Below are positions 27,520 to 39,903 of a stretch of 64,000 bases of DNA, piece after piece. A model generated the notes under the pieces. That model made no database searches, was not told where the DNA came from, and saw nothing but the letters and a program-made list of their open reading frames with translations. The position numbers were made by a program, and so were the translations under genes. The stretch comes from Eledone cirrhosa (Eukaryota). The stretch covers positions 37,944,001 to 38,008,000 of the forward strand of contig OZ024744.1 in NCBI GenBank assembly GCA_964016885.1, written 5' to 3'. Position 1 is the stretch's first letter; each line of letters opens with the position of its first letter.

Positions 27520-28028
27520 TATGTGTGTCTGTGTGTCTGTGAGTTTATGTGTCTGTGTATCTATGTGTCTGTGAGTCTCTCTGTGTGTGTGTGTGTGTGT
27601 GTGTATCTGTTTGTATATGTATGTATGTTAAATCCTGTCACGGTGCAAAGGAAGTGAAGGAAGGCTATGAAAGAAACGAGTGCAGTAGAGTAGGAAGTTG
27701 GTTTTGGCAATATCGATGGAAGAGAGAGAGAGAGAGAGAGAGTCACGGAAGATGGGGAGAAAGAGAAGGAGAGAGAGGGATTGAGATAGATAGATGAATA
27801 AAGAGGGGGGGGGGAGAGGAGGAGTGATATTTGTTTATATATAAATTTTTGTATGTAATATGTATATCTACATATCTACATATATATATATATACATATA
27901 TATTGTTATATATACATATATATATACCTACATGTGTATATATATATTTATATATACCTACATGTGTGTATATATAAATATATACACATATATACATGTA
28001 TACATATATATATATACCTACATGTGTG

Positions 28029-28088
<60 letters not shown>

Positions 28089-28375
28089 GGTATATATATA
28101 TATGTATACATGTATATATGTGTATATATACATGTATGTAAATGTATATATGTAAATGTGTGTGTATATATATATATAGATAGGGAATGAGGGGGGAAAC
28201 GCTAGATAGATAGGTAAAAATAGAGGGGAGTGAGTGAAAGAGAGAAAGAGAGAAAGAGAGAAGGAGAATAAATGTGTGAGTGCTGACACGTGGAAGGTGA
28301 TGTGGATACGTTAGTGTGTGAGTGTGTGTGAATACGTGTGATTATGTGTGTGTATATGTGTGTGTGTGATACAGT
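26390..28375. repeat. Compound microsatellite region (TA, CT, TG, GA)
   Basis: Direct inspection; source of the low-complexity Y/I/V/C ORFs. Confidence 0.9.
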
Positions 28376-28377
28376 AT

Positions 28378-31300
28378 TGTAATGAGGTAATGAGTGAATG
28401 AATGAGTTAGTGAGTGAATGAATGAGTTAGTGAGTGAATGAATGAGTTAATGAGTGAATGAATGAGTTAGTGAGTGAATGAATGAGTTAATGAGTGAATG
28501 AATGAGTTAGTGAGTGAATGAATGAGTTAATGAGTGAATGAATGAGTTAGTGAGTGAATGAATGAGTTAGTGAGTGAATGAATGAGTTAGTGAGTGAATG
28601 AATGAGTTAATGAGTGAATGAATGAGTTAGTGAGTGAATGAATGAGTTAGTGAGTGAATGAATGAGTTAGTGAGTGAATGAATGAGTTAATGAGTGAATG
28701 AATGAGTTAGTGAGTGAATGAATGAGTTAGTGAGTGAATGAATGAGTTAGTGAGTGAATGAATGAGTTAATGAGTGAATGAATGAGTTAGTGAGTGAATG
28801 AATGAGTTAGTGAGTGAATGAATGAGTTAATGAGTGAATGAATGAGTTAGTGAGTGAATGAATGAGTTAGTGAGTGAATGAATGAGTTAGTGAGTGAATG
28901 AAAGAGTTAGTGGGTGAATGAATGAGTTAGTGAATGAATGAATGAGTTAATGAGTGAATGAATGAGTTAGTGAGTGAACGAATGAGTTAGTGACTGAATG
29001 AATGAGTTAGTGAGTGAATGAATGAGTTAATGAGTGAATGAATGAGTTAGTGAGTGAATGAATGAGTTAGTGAGTGAATGAATGTGTTAGTGACTGAATG
29101 AATGAGTTAGTGAGTGAATGAATGAGTTAGTGAGTGAATGAATGAGTTAGTGACTGAATGAATGAGTTTGTGAGTGAATGAATGAGTTAGTGAGTGAATG
29201 AATGAGTTAATGAGTGAATGAATGAGTTAGTGAGTGAATGAATGAGTTAGTGAGTGAAGGAATGAGTTAGTGAGTGAATGAATGAGTTAGTGAGTGAATG
29301 AATGAGTTAATGAGTGAATGAATGAGGTAGTGAGTGAATGAAAGAGTTAGTGAGTGAATGAATGAGTTAGTGACTAAATGAATGAGTTAGTGACTGAATG
29401 AATGAGTTAGTGAGTGAATGAATGAGTTAATGAGTGAATGAATGAGTTAATGAGTGAATGGATGAGTTAGTGAGTGAATGAATGAGTTAGTGACTGAATG
29501 AATGAGTTAATGAGTGAATGAATGAGTTAATGAGTGAATGAATGAGTTAGTGAGTGAATGAATGAGTTAATGAGTGAATGAATGAGGTAGTGATTGAATG
29601 AAAGAGTTAGTGATTTAATGAATGAGTTAGTGACTAAATGAATGAGTTAGTGACTGAATGAATGAGTTAGTGAGTGAATGAATGAGTTAATGAGTGAATG
29701 AATGAGTTAATGAGTGAATGAATGACTTAGTGAGTGAATGAATGAGTTAGTGACTGAATGAATGAGTTAATGAGTGAATGAATGAGTTAATGAGTGAATG
29801 AATGAGTTAGTGAGTGAATGAATGAATTAGTGAGTGAATGAATGAGTTAATGAGTGAATGAATGAGTTAGTGAGTGAATGTATGAGTTAGTGAGTGAAAG
29901 AATGAGTCAGTGACTGAATGAATGAGTTAATGAGTGAATGAATGAGTTAGTGAGTGAATGAATGAGTTAGTGAATGAATGAATGAGTTAGTGAGTGAATG
30001 AATGAGTTAATGAGTGAATGAATGAGTTAGTGAGTCAATGAATGAGTTAGTGAGTGAAGGAATGAGTTAGTGAGTGAATGAATGAGTTAGTGATTGAATG
30101 AGTTAGTGAGTGAATGAATGAGTTAATAGAGTGAATGAATGAGTTAGTGAGTGAATGAATGAGTTAGTGAGTGAATGAATGAGTTAGTGACTGAATGAAT
30201 GAGTTAGTGAGTGAATGAATGAGTTAGTGAGTGAATGAATGAGTTAGTGACTGAATGAATGAGTTAGTGAGTGAATGAATGAGTTAGTGAGTGAATGAAT
30301 GAGTTAGTGACTGAATGAATGAGTTAGTGAGTGAATGAATGAGTTAGTGAGTGAATGAATGAGTTAGTGACTGAATGAATGAGTTAGTGAGTGAATGAAT
30401 GAGTTAGTGAGTGAATGAATGAGTTAAAGAGTGAATGAATGAGTTAGTGAGTGAATGAATGAGTTAGTGAGTGAATGAATGAGTTAATGAGTGAATGAAT
30501 ATGTTAGTGAGTGAATGTATGAGTTAGTGAGTGAATGAATGAGTTAGTGAGTGAATGAAAGAGTTAGTGGGTGAATGAATGAGTTAGTGAATGAATAAAT
30601 GAGTTAATGAGTGAATGAATGAGTTAGTGAGTGAACGAATGAGTTAGTGACTGAATGAATGAGTTAGTGAGTGAATGAATGAGTTAGTGAGTGAATGAAT
30701 GAGTTAGTGACTGAATGAATGAGTTAGTGAGTGAATGAATGAGTTAGTGAGTGAATGAATGAGTTAAAGAGTGAATGAATGAGTTAGTGAGTGAATGAAT
30801 GAGTTAGTGAGTGAATGAATGAGTTAATGAGTGAATGAATATGTTAGTGAGTGAATGTATGAGTTAGTGAGTGAATGAATGAGTTAGTGAGTGAATGAAA
30901 GAGTTAGTGGGTGAATGAATGAGTTAGTGAATGAATAAATGAGTTAATGAGTGAATGAATGAGTTAGTGAGTGAACGAATGAGTTAGTGACTGAATGAAT
31001 GAGTTAGTGAGTGAATGAATGAGTTAATGAGTGAATGAATGAGTTAGTGAGTGAATGAATGAGTTAGTGAGTGAATGAATGTGTTAGTGACTGAATGAAT
31101 GAGTTAGTGAGTGAATGAATGAGTTAGTGAGTGAATGAATGAGTTAGTGACTGAATGAATGAGTTTGTGAGTGAATGAATGAGTTAGTGAGTGAATGAAT
31201 GAGTTAATGAGTGAATGAATGAGTTAGTGAGTGAATGAATGAGTTAGTGAGTGAAGGAATGAGTTAGTGAGTGAATGAATGAGTTAGTGAGTGAATGAAT

Positions 31301-32730
31301 GAGTTAATGAGTGAATGAATGAGGTAGTGAGTGAATGAAAGAGTTAGTGAGTGAATGAATGAGTTAGTGACTAAATGAATGAGTTAGTGACTGAATGAAT
31401 GAGTTAGTGAGTGAATGAATGAGTTAATGAGTGAATGAATGAGTTGATGAGTGAATGAATGAGTTAGTGAGTGAATGAATGAGTTAGTGACTGAATGAAT
31501 GAGTTAATGAGTGAATGAATGAGTTAATGAGTGAATGAATGAGTTAGTGAGTGAATGAATGAATTAGTGAGTGAATGAATGAGTTAATGAGTGAATGAAT
31601 GAGTTAGTGAGTGAATGTATGAGTTAGTGAGTGAAAGAATGAGTCAGTGACTGAATGAATGAGTTAATGAGTGAATGAATGAGTTAGTGAGTGAATGAAT
31701 GAGTTAGTGAATGAATGAATGAGTTAGTGAGTGAATGAATGAGTTAATGAGTGAATGAATGAGTTAGTGAATCAATGAATGAGTTAGTGAGTGAAGGAAT
31801 GAGTTAGTGAGTGAATGAATGAGTTAGTGATTGAATGAGTTAGTGAGTGAATGAATGAGTTAATAGAGTGAATGAATGAGTTAGTGAGTGAATGAATGAG
31901 TTAGTGAGTGAATGAATGAGTTAGTGACTGAATGAATGAGTTAGTGAGTGAATGAATGAGTTAGTGAGTGAATGAATGAGTTAGTGAGTGAATTGATGAG
32001 TTAGTGACTGAATGAATGAGTTAGTGAGTGAATGAATGAGTTAGTGAGTGAATGAATGAGTTAAAGAGTGAATGAATGAGTTAGTGAGTGAATGAATGAG
32101 TTAGTGAGTGAATGAATGAGTTAATGAGTGAATGAATATGTTAGTGAGTGAATGTATGAGTTAGTGAGTGAAGGAATGAGTCAGTGACTGAATGAATGAG
32201 TTAATGAGTGAATGAATGAGTTAGTGAGTGAATGAATGAGTTAGTGAATGAATGAATGAGTTAGTGAGTGAATGAATGAGTTAGTGAGTGAATGAATGAG
32301 TTAGTGAGTGAATGAATGAGTTAGTGAGTGAAGGAATGAGTTAGTGAGTGAATGAATGAGTTAATGAGTGAATGAATGAGTTAGTGAGTCAATGAATGAG
32401 TTAGTGAGTGAAGGAATGAGTTAGTGAGTGAATGAATGAGTTAGTGATTGAATGAGTTAGTGAGTGAATGAATGAGTTAATAGAGTGAATGAATGAGTTA
32501 GTGAGTGAATGATTGAGTTAGTGAGTGAATGAATGAGATAGTGAGTGAATGAATGAGTTAGTGAGTGAATGAATGAGTTGGTGAGTGAATGAATGAGTTA
32601 GTGAATGAATGAATGAGTTAATGAGTGAATGAATGAGTTATGGAATGAATGAGTTAATGAGTGAATGAATGAGTTAGTGAGTGAATGAATGAGTTAATGA
32701 GTGAATGAATGAGTTAGTGAGTGAATGAAT
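28378..32730. repeat. 20-bp tandem satellite (gagtgaatgaatgagttagt)n, ~4.35 kb, with higher-order duplications
   Basis: The 20-bp period is visible in the column alignment, and variant units recur in the same order. Confidence 0.97.
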
Positions 32731-33219
32731 AAGCGTTTGTAGAAAAAGAAGGAAAAAATAAGTTTTTGAATGAGCGAGTGAGTATGTGATGAGAAGTGAG
32801 TGTGTGTGTGTGGGAGTCATTGGTTAGTGTGTGGTTGTTTGTCTGTGTATGTGTGTGTGTATTTATGTGTGTGTGTATTTATATATGTGTGTCTGTGTAT
32901 GTGTGTGAGTGAGTATGTGAGCATTTATTTGTGTGCTTATGTGTGTGTATATATATGTTGTGAGTATGTGTGCGTATGTGTGTGTATGTGTGTTTGTGTG
33001 TGTATGTGTTTGTGTGTGTATGTGTATGTGTGTGTATGTGTGTGTGAGTGTGTATGTGGCTGTGTGTGTTGTTAGTGTGTATGTGTGTATGTGTGTATGT
33101 ATGAGTATGTGTTTTAGTGTGTGAGTATGTGCCTGTGTGAGTGTGTATGTGTGTGTGTGTTGTTAGTGTGTGAATATGTCTGTGTATATTTTTTGTGTAT
33201 GCGTGTGTGTGTGTGTGTG

Positions 33220-33250
<31 letters not shown>

Positions 33251-33592
33251 ATGTGTGTATATGTATATGTATGTGTGTATGCTTATATGTGTGTATGTGT
33301 ATGAGCGTGTGTGTGTCTGTGGGCGTGCGGTTGCTGACATGTAAATGGAAGATTGCCCGAGTGACTGACTAAACGTGTAAGCTGTGTACAAGATAAATGA
33401 GAAAAAGCGTAACTGAATGAAATAATCAATATATGTGTGTTTGAATGAATGAATAAAGAAGGAAAGAAGGAAATAAAGAAGGGAAGGAAGAAAGAAAGAA
33501 AGAAATAAGGAATGAAATGGATGCGTGTCTATGTATGTGTATGGGACTGTGATGACTGGTGGTTGCATTAATGAATATGTAGGTGAAAGACA

Positions 33593-33671
<79 letters not shown>

Positions 33672-33959
33672 ATACACACAGTTCAAGAGTAACCAATCTT
33701 AAAGAGAGAGATGGAGATAGGAGAGGAGATAGGAGAGGAGAGATTGGTGAATTAGTTAGAAGCCAAAGCGTAAAGGCATGTACTCAATGTGCAATATGCA
33801 GTAGAAAGCAGCTAGGTGGCTGGGTTCATGCCGAGGTTAGGTGCACAGAGCTGGAAATATTCATTAGTTAAGCAAAACAAGACCACAAATTTCACAAGGA
33901 AGACATTATTAAAAGATTTTCAACATATTTTAGTTTGATGTAAGGAATGTAGAAAATAA

Positions 33960-35582
33960 TAATAATATTAATAATAATAATGTCCGTTTACAATTGTTTC
34001 GCTACTCCATATAATATTTCTGGATCAAATGATTATAGATCATTATTGATCTGGTTCAGTTGAAAATAATTAACATAGGTAAAAATAGAGCAGTTCATCG
34101 GAATTTCAAAAGGAATATAAATTAAAATAAGGAAAGAATGTTACATGAATGTAATGTTCCATATATTGGTGTTTCACTATGGTGTCCTGGGTATATCTAT
34201 TGTCTACCATAGTCGAGCAGTATTCTTCTGTCGAGGCTGCATTGTGTGAGATCTGCCTATGGGTAACAAGATGGCCACCAATGGACATATTTACCTTATT
34301 AATTAGAGGTGGTTTCAGGGGAGGTAACTCCTTGATAGATTAGAAATTGTGAGTAGTTTATAGTTAAGGATTGCTAATTTTTTAATTTTTTAATTGAGAG
34401 ACAATGTAAGGGAGGTAACTTATAATTATCTAAGTTAGCTATAATTATTTAACTTATTAGCTAAAAGTAAAAATGAAGCTAGATGACTATGTTGGGTGCC
34501 GAAGGAATTAGCCCTTCGATGTTGACAGCTAATAGTTACCTCCGTTCTATCGTTAATCGGTAGAGCTCGTGATAGAGTTATGTAATATGCTTCGGTAAGA
34601 CAGGGTCACAAGAGTTTCTTCGTCCATTGAACGGTTGGGCCCTAGCCAAGATATCCGATGTTAGTGAGTGTTCAATGTTGGTTAATTTAAGGTATTTAAT
34701 GAGCCTTGCTAGAGATGTCGAACATCTGTTGTTAGGGTCACGGAAGGAAAAAGAGTGCGCGTTATAGCGTACCTTAAAGGGGTTAGAGGTAGAGCCGATA
34801 TAGGAGCTGGTATGCGAAGCAGTTTTAACCGTGCACCTATAGACTATATTGGGTGTCAGGCAATGTCCATTTAGTGGGCATGCATTAGGGTAACCGCAGT
34901 TGCAGTTACTTCTGCGGTTAGAGGGGTAGGGTTGTTTAATCTAAGCGGTTGGTCAGTTCTAGAAGGATTAGATGGGGGTGGGTGCTACTAGAGTAAGTAT
35001 TGGTGTAGTGGCGTGGTGTATTTGATGGGGTGGTGGTACCGCGGTGTGGGAGTTATACTGTCTTAGTTTATGATGGTTACTGAATGCGATGTGGCTAGCT
35101 AGGTTAGGTGTTGTGGAGAATGAGATTTTAATGTTATTTTTATTAAAGAGTTTGTAATATCTATGGTTGGGGGGTAAGTGTTTGGATAGGATAGAGAAGA
35201 AGCGTTTAAGCCAGGTGATATTTCTAGGCCTATTCCTTCTAGAGGTTCTATTGGAGTTGGTAGGAGCCTTCATAAGGTTACTATTACCTGGGCATTTGTT
35301 ATTTGTCATCCCATTGCTCATTCCTATTCTAGGGTTGATTTTTAGTTTGCTACTTGGAGTGGGAAGCAGGCCGCTGCCACCATTAAGGTTCCCTGTATAG
35401 GTGCTGTTACTGCTAAAATTCCGGCGAGTCTGGCTATATGCTAAGGTATTTCTAGTTCTAGTGTTAAGTTTGTTAGGGTTGTGTTGAAGTGCTGTGTTAT
35501 GGCATTTAGATATTACAAACTCTTTAATAAAAATAACATTAAAATCTCATTCTCCACAACACCTAACCTAGCTAGCCACATT
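33960..35582 (-). pseudogene. Decayed 5'-truncated Penelope-like element (CxCx5C type) with a 5' inversion
   Basis: ORF 34968..35321 (RPRNITW...NHRYYKLFNKNNIKISFSTTPN), then CNCGYPNACPLNGHCLTPNIVYRCTVKT...YIGSTSNPFKVRYNAH at ~34910-34750. 35511-35581 is an inverted copy of ~35089-35160. Confidence 0.8.
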
Positions 35583-35879
35583 GTAGTAGAGTGGGAAATA
35601 GGAAAAAGTATGACCCCGACGGCAGAGCTCAAGCCGTTTCGACGGCTATTTCTGGACTAAATTAGAATGTTTAGCCTGGTGAATAAATAGCCGAACTTGT
35701 CAAGGAGGTACTTCCTTATATGGAAAGATTGTAGTTGTCAACTTCAATCTTCCCATATAAGGAAGTACCCTCTTGACAAGTTCGGCTATTTATTCACCAC
35801 GCTAAACATTCTAATTTAGTCCAGAAATAGCCGTCGAAACGGCTTGAGCTCTGCCTTCGGGGTCATACTTTTTCCTATA
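35583..35879. mobile_element. H4 fold-back element with a variant hammerhead at 35770-35848 (+)
   Basis: Arms ~35597-35730 and ~35746-35878. ctc-TTGACAA-gtt-cggctattt...aaatagccg-tc-GAAA-cggc-TT-gag; the core is non-canonical. Confidence 0.6.
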
Positions 35880-35889
35880 TATATATATA

Positions 35890-36660
35890 TGGCTTAGGTG
35901 GTTGATGTCTTCTTAATCGCCGTTTTAGTTTGTATGGCTTTTATAACATATGTTTATTGCTCGGGTCTCTTTTGGTCCATGGAGCACTTGCCAACACAAA
36001 TCGGAAATTGAGTTTTGCTTATTTCTACCCGCCGAAATACGATTCTCACTGAATTTATATTTATAATCTCCCGAGTCTAACAATTAACCAGTTAATTTTT
36101 TTAGATAATTCTATTGACTGATTAATTGCTTAAGTTTATTTTAAAAACTACCCGGTCGAGAGCTTAATTCGATTTGTGTTGTTTTTGCAATTTTTGCATC
36201 GATTACACATACAGAATTCATTTGCCAAAGTTTGGGGTTTTCTCCCCTGTAGAGTTACACATGTGTTTTCAAAACACTGTGTGATTCAAAATGCTGGCGT
36301 AGAACAAAATACCTTTTGAGAAAGTGATATGCTTTTTCGATCATTATACCAGAGGCTTATTTTTTTAAGCAGACAGTATTATTGATTTAGGTGTCGCAGA
36401 AACCCTGTACTGGATTATACCATCATTTCCAAGTGATCCGGGTAAATTATTCTTTCATATTTTGTTTGACCCGTTTACCTTGCTTCGTTTTTTTGGGGCT
36501 TAGGTGGTTGATAGCTTCTTAACCGCCGTCTCAGTTTGTTTGGCCTTTATAACATGTTTATTGCTCGGGTCTCTTTTGGTCCATGGAGCGCTTGCCACAG
36601 AAATCGGAAATTGAGTTTTGCTTATTTCTATCCGCCGAAATACGATTCTCACTGAATATA
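35890..36660. repeat. Unclassified element with ~165-bp direct repeats (35891-36053, 36497-36657) between microsatellites
   Basis: ggcttaggtggttgat...gattctcactgaat occurs twice. 36460-36540 is homologous, inverted, to ~62730-62810. Confidence 0.65.
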
Positions 36661-36664
36661 TATT

Positions 36665-36731
<67 letters not shown>

Positions 36732-36990
36732 AGGTGTGTGTGTGTGTGTGTGTGTGTGTATAACAAACAAAGTGTGGTAAAGAACAACGCGAACCATAAC
36801 GCACCACAGAACTCGATACTTAGGGTTGTAGAGTGGGTATTAGGAAAATAGTCAGGACCCCGACGGCGGAGCTCCAGCCGTTTCGACAGCTGTCGGGGTC
36901 CTGACTCTCTTCCTATATATATATATATATAAATAAAATAAAATAAAATAACAGGAGGCTGGACTGGTGTAAATCCTTGAAAGGTTTATT

Positions 36991-37048
36991 ATACTATGAT
37001 CATTTCAATGACCGGGTTCCATATGAATCCGGTGATATCATCAGGTAT
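36991..37048 (-). ncRNA. Type I hammerhead ribozyme (H6, single copy in window)
   Basis: atac-CTGATGA-tatcaccggattc(atatg)gaacccggtcatt-GAAA-tgatca-TA-gtat: long stem II, palindromic TGATCA loop III, ~60 nt from a (TA)n tract. Confidence 0.8.
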
Positions 37049-38768
37049 TGGAATATAACAAAGGAATATGTAAAAAACCATGGGTCCGAAAAATCAGAGA
37101 CAGAGATAAAGAGGACGGCTGACCAACTAGCTGCCAATACCTTGGCCAGTCGCCCTCAAAGTAGTGGCAACTGAATCTACTAATGAACATTTGGTGAGGT
37201 GGCGGAGGCTTATAATGCACTACCACCTCTCCGTCAAAGAAAACGGGGAAGAAAGAAAGAAAGGAAGAAAGAAGTCAGCGTAAGGGTCACACTACATTCA
37301 TGCTAGAAAATGCCGCGAAAAAATGCTACTCTAAAGAATCTATAATGGGTGTCTGTATGGTCTAATGTGTGAACCGAAGATTGGAACGTTAAATTTATGT
37401 TGCGATTTATAGGATGAAATAAATTAAATTAAAAATATTAAATTGCAAAATGATAAATTAAAAAATAAATTATTCGAAAATTAAAGGTTAAGGTAGCGAG
37501 ATTAATTTAATGAACTTACGGAGATAAGATATTAGGATGGGATATAGAGTAAAGATTTCGATTGTGAGATCCAGCCAGCACACCCCAACCACGTGTCAGC
37601 CAGTTTCAAGTGGTATCGTCCAGCGAAAGAAATGGAAATTAATTTTTCCGAGTACTCTAGGAACGTAGCTACCTTAGGCTCCGGGAGCGCGAGTGGGAAC
37701 TCCACAATTTCGACAGGCCATCGTCTATACCAAACGAATATTATTAAATCACGCATGAGGGGTTTATTTACGTGCCAGTAGAGGCATGATACAGCTAGTA
37801 GTTATGCCTAAACCTGGAGTTTATAGGTATAAGTATAATGTGGCGGCCAAAACAGGCGGCGCGGTGGAACCGGGGCAAAGCAACCCGCTCCGAGTAATTT
37901 CGTTTACCGAAAGAGGAGAAATTTATTTTTCCGAGCACTCAAGGAAGGCTGAACTTTCCGAGTGCCCAGCGCACTGCCAGGAAAAAGCCACCACATAAGT
38001 CGAAGGTAGCAACCCAATGAAAAGTGCAAATAGACCAAAATTATTTTAAAGTCCCAGTTAGTCCGGGTTATAAGTAGTGTGGTTCTTAGGTGGGTAGGGG
38101 GCTATGAAAGGTGCATAATGACCTGAGTAAGGAAAGTTACAAAAAATAATTGTTTCTACTTTAGGAACAAGGCCATCAATTACCCAGTGCATTACTGGTA
38201 CTTTAATAAAAGCAGGATACAAAGATAAAATACAAATATAAAGATAGAATACATTGATAAAAATATATCAATAAAATAATAAAAAATACATTAATAAAAT
38301 AATTAAAAAAATTAATAAAGGTAAATAACTAGGGATGTAGAAAGACGGAAGTAGATAAGAACGTATCGGAGGAATCACGGTGTTGGGGAAATACAATATA
38401 GATCAAGTTGTAGTAAGATAATACAGGTTGTACATTTAGATATAGAGGATGGAGGAGATGGAATGGTGACAGGTTGTACCTAGTGTAAAGTTCGGGTCTC
38501 CGAATTCAGTGTGAGTCACAAAAAGTCCTGAGGTATAGAGTAGAGAATTCAGTCAATACAATACATGTTTTAGTATAATACGTAGAGTTTCGTCGGAATC
38601 GGATTCATCCCGACAAGGAAGTGGTATCAGGTGGCGGTAGATAAAGCACAGAGCAGCCAAAATCCGAATGGCAAGTAGATCAGTTAATCCCATGCTGGTA
38701 ATAGCTGTACACTGAAGGCAGTGCCGCTGTTCAATATTACATTTTGAAGTGCTCAACATTATAGGAGC

Positions 38769-38808
<40 letters not shown>

Positions 38809-38810
<2 letters not shown>

Positions 38811-39903
38811 AATTTGAATTGAATGCTCTGAAATAGCGATATATATGTGAAGACAAACACAGAATATTCGAAAATATTCTGTATGTTTATAATAAACATT
38901 TTGAAGACCCAATCGCTATAGAATAGAATACGTCACGTATTACAATTTGAGATTCTCGATAAAAGTAAGGGAAGTAATCTACGCGTTTCATTCTTGTTAG
39001 AAATCTTCAGGATTACATATCCAATACTTTTATCGAGAACGACACAGCTAGAGACTTATAGAATACTTAGCTGTGTACAGGAACTGGTTTGATAGAGCGG
39101 TAGCCGGTCCGGCAGAAATTAGAATTTGAATTTAATGCTCTGAAATAGCGATATATATGTGAAGACAAACACAGAATATTCGAAAATATTCTGTATGTTT
39201 ATAATAAACATTTTGAAGACCCAATCGCTATAGAATAGAATACGTCACGTATTACAATTTGAGATTCTCGATAAAAGTAAGGGAAGTAATCTACGCGTTT
39301 CATTCTTGTTAGAAATCTTCAGGATTACATATCCAATACTTTTATCGAGAACGACACAGCTAGAGACTTATAGAATACTTAGCTGTGTACAGGAACTGGT
39401 TTGATAGAGCGGTAGCCGGTCCGGAAGAAATTAGAATTTGAATTTAATGCTCTGAAATAGCGATATATATGTGAAGACAAACACAGAATATTCGAAAATA
39501 TTCTGTATGTTTATAATAAACATTTTGAAGACCCAATCGCTATAGAATAGAATACGTCACGTATTACAATTTGAGATTCTCGATAAAAATAAGGGAAGTA
39601 ATCTACGCGTTTCATTCTTGTTAGAAATCTTCAGGATTACATATCCAATACTTTTATCGAGAACGACACAGCTAGATACTTATAGAATACTTAGCTGTGT
39701 ACAGGAACTGGTTTGATAGAGCGGTAGCCGGTCCGGCAGAAATTAGAATTTGAATTTAATGCTCTGAAATAGCGATATATATGTGAAGACAAACACAGAA
39801 TATTCGAAAATATATATCGTCTTCACATATATATCGCTATTTCAGAGCATTAAATTCAAATTCTAATTTCTGCCGGACCGGCTACCGCTCTATCAAACCA
39901 GTT
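38809..39903 (-). mobile_element. Retrozyme-like tandem array 1: ~3.2 copies of a 312-bp unit with a terminal inversion
   Basis: Unit starts at 38809, 39121, 39433 and 39745. 39819-39903 is an inverted copy of ~39706-39790. The left end is in (TA)n. No protein homology visible. Confidence 0.85.
38974..39016 (-). ncRNA. Minimal type I hammerhead of array 1 (also 39286-39328 and 39598-39640)
   Basis: gtaatc-CTGAAGA-tttct(aaca)agaat-GAAA-cgcg-TA-gattac: perfect stem I, palindromic CGCG loop III. Confidence 0.85.

Noticed and set aside
28378-32730. CRISPR array or telomeric repeat
   Set aside because: No unique spacers, no cas genes, eukaryotic context, and no TTAGGG or TTAGG units.
33985-34105. 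Further hammerhead-like remnants (here and at 11485-11540, 12391-12445, 16595-16645, 16850-16930, 38580-38632, 56785-56860)
   Set aside because: Core bases are mutated or stem I cannot be formed; not listed as ribozymes.
38809-39903. 5S rDNA, tRNA or snRNA tandem cluster
   Set aside because: No Pol III boxes or recognisable RNA gene; the hammerhead explains the conserved structure.
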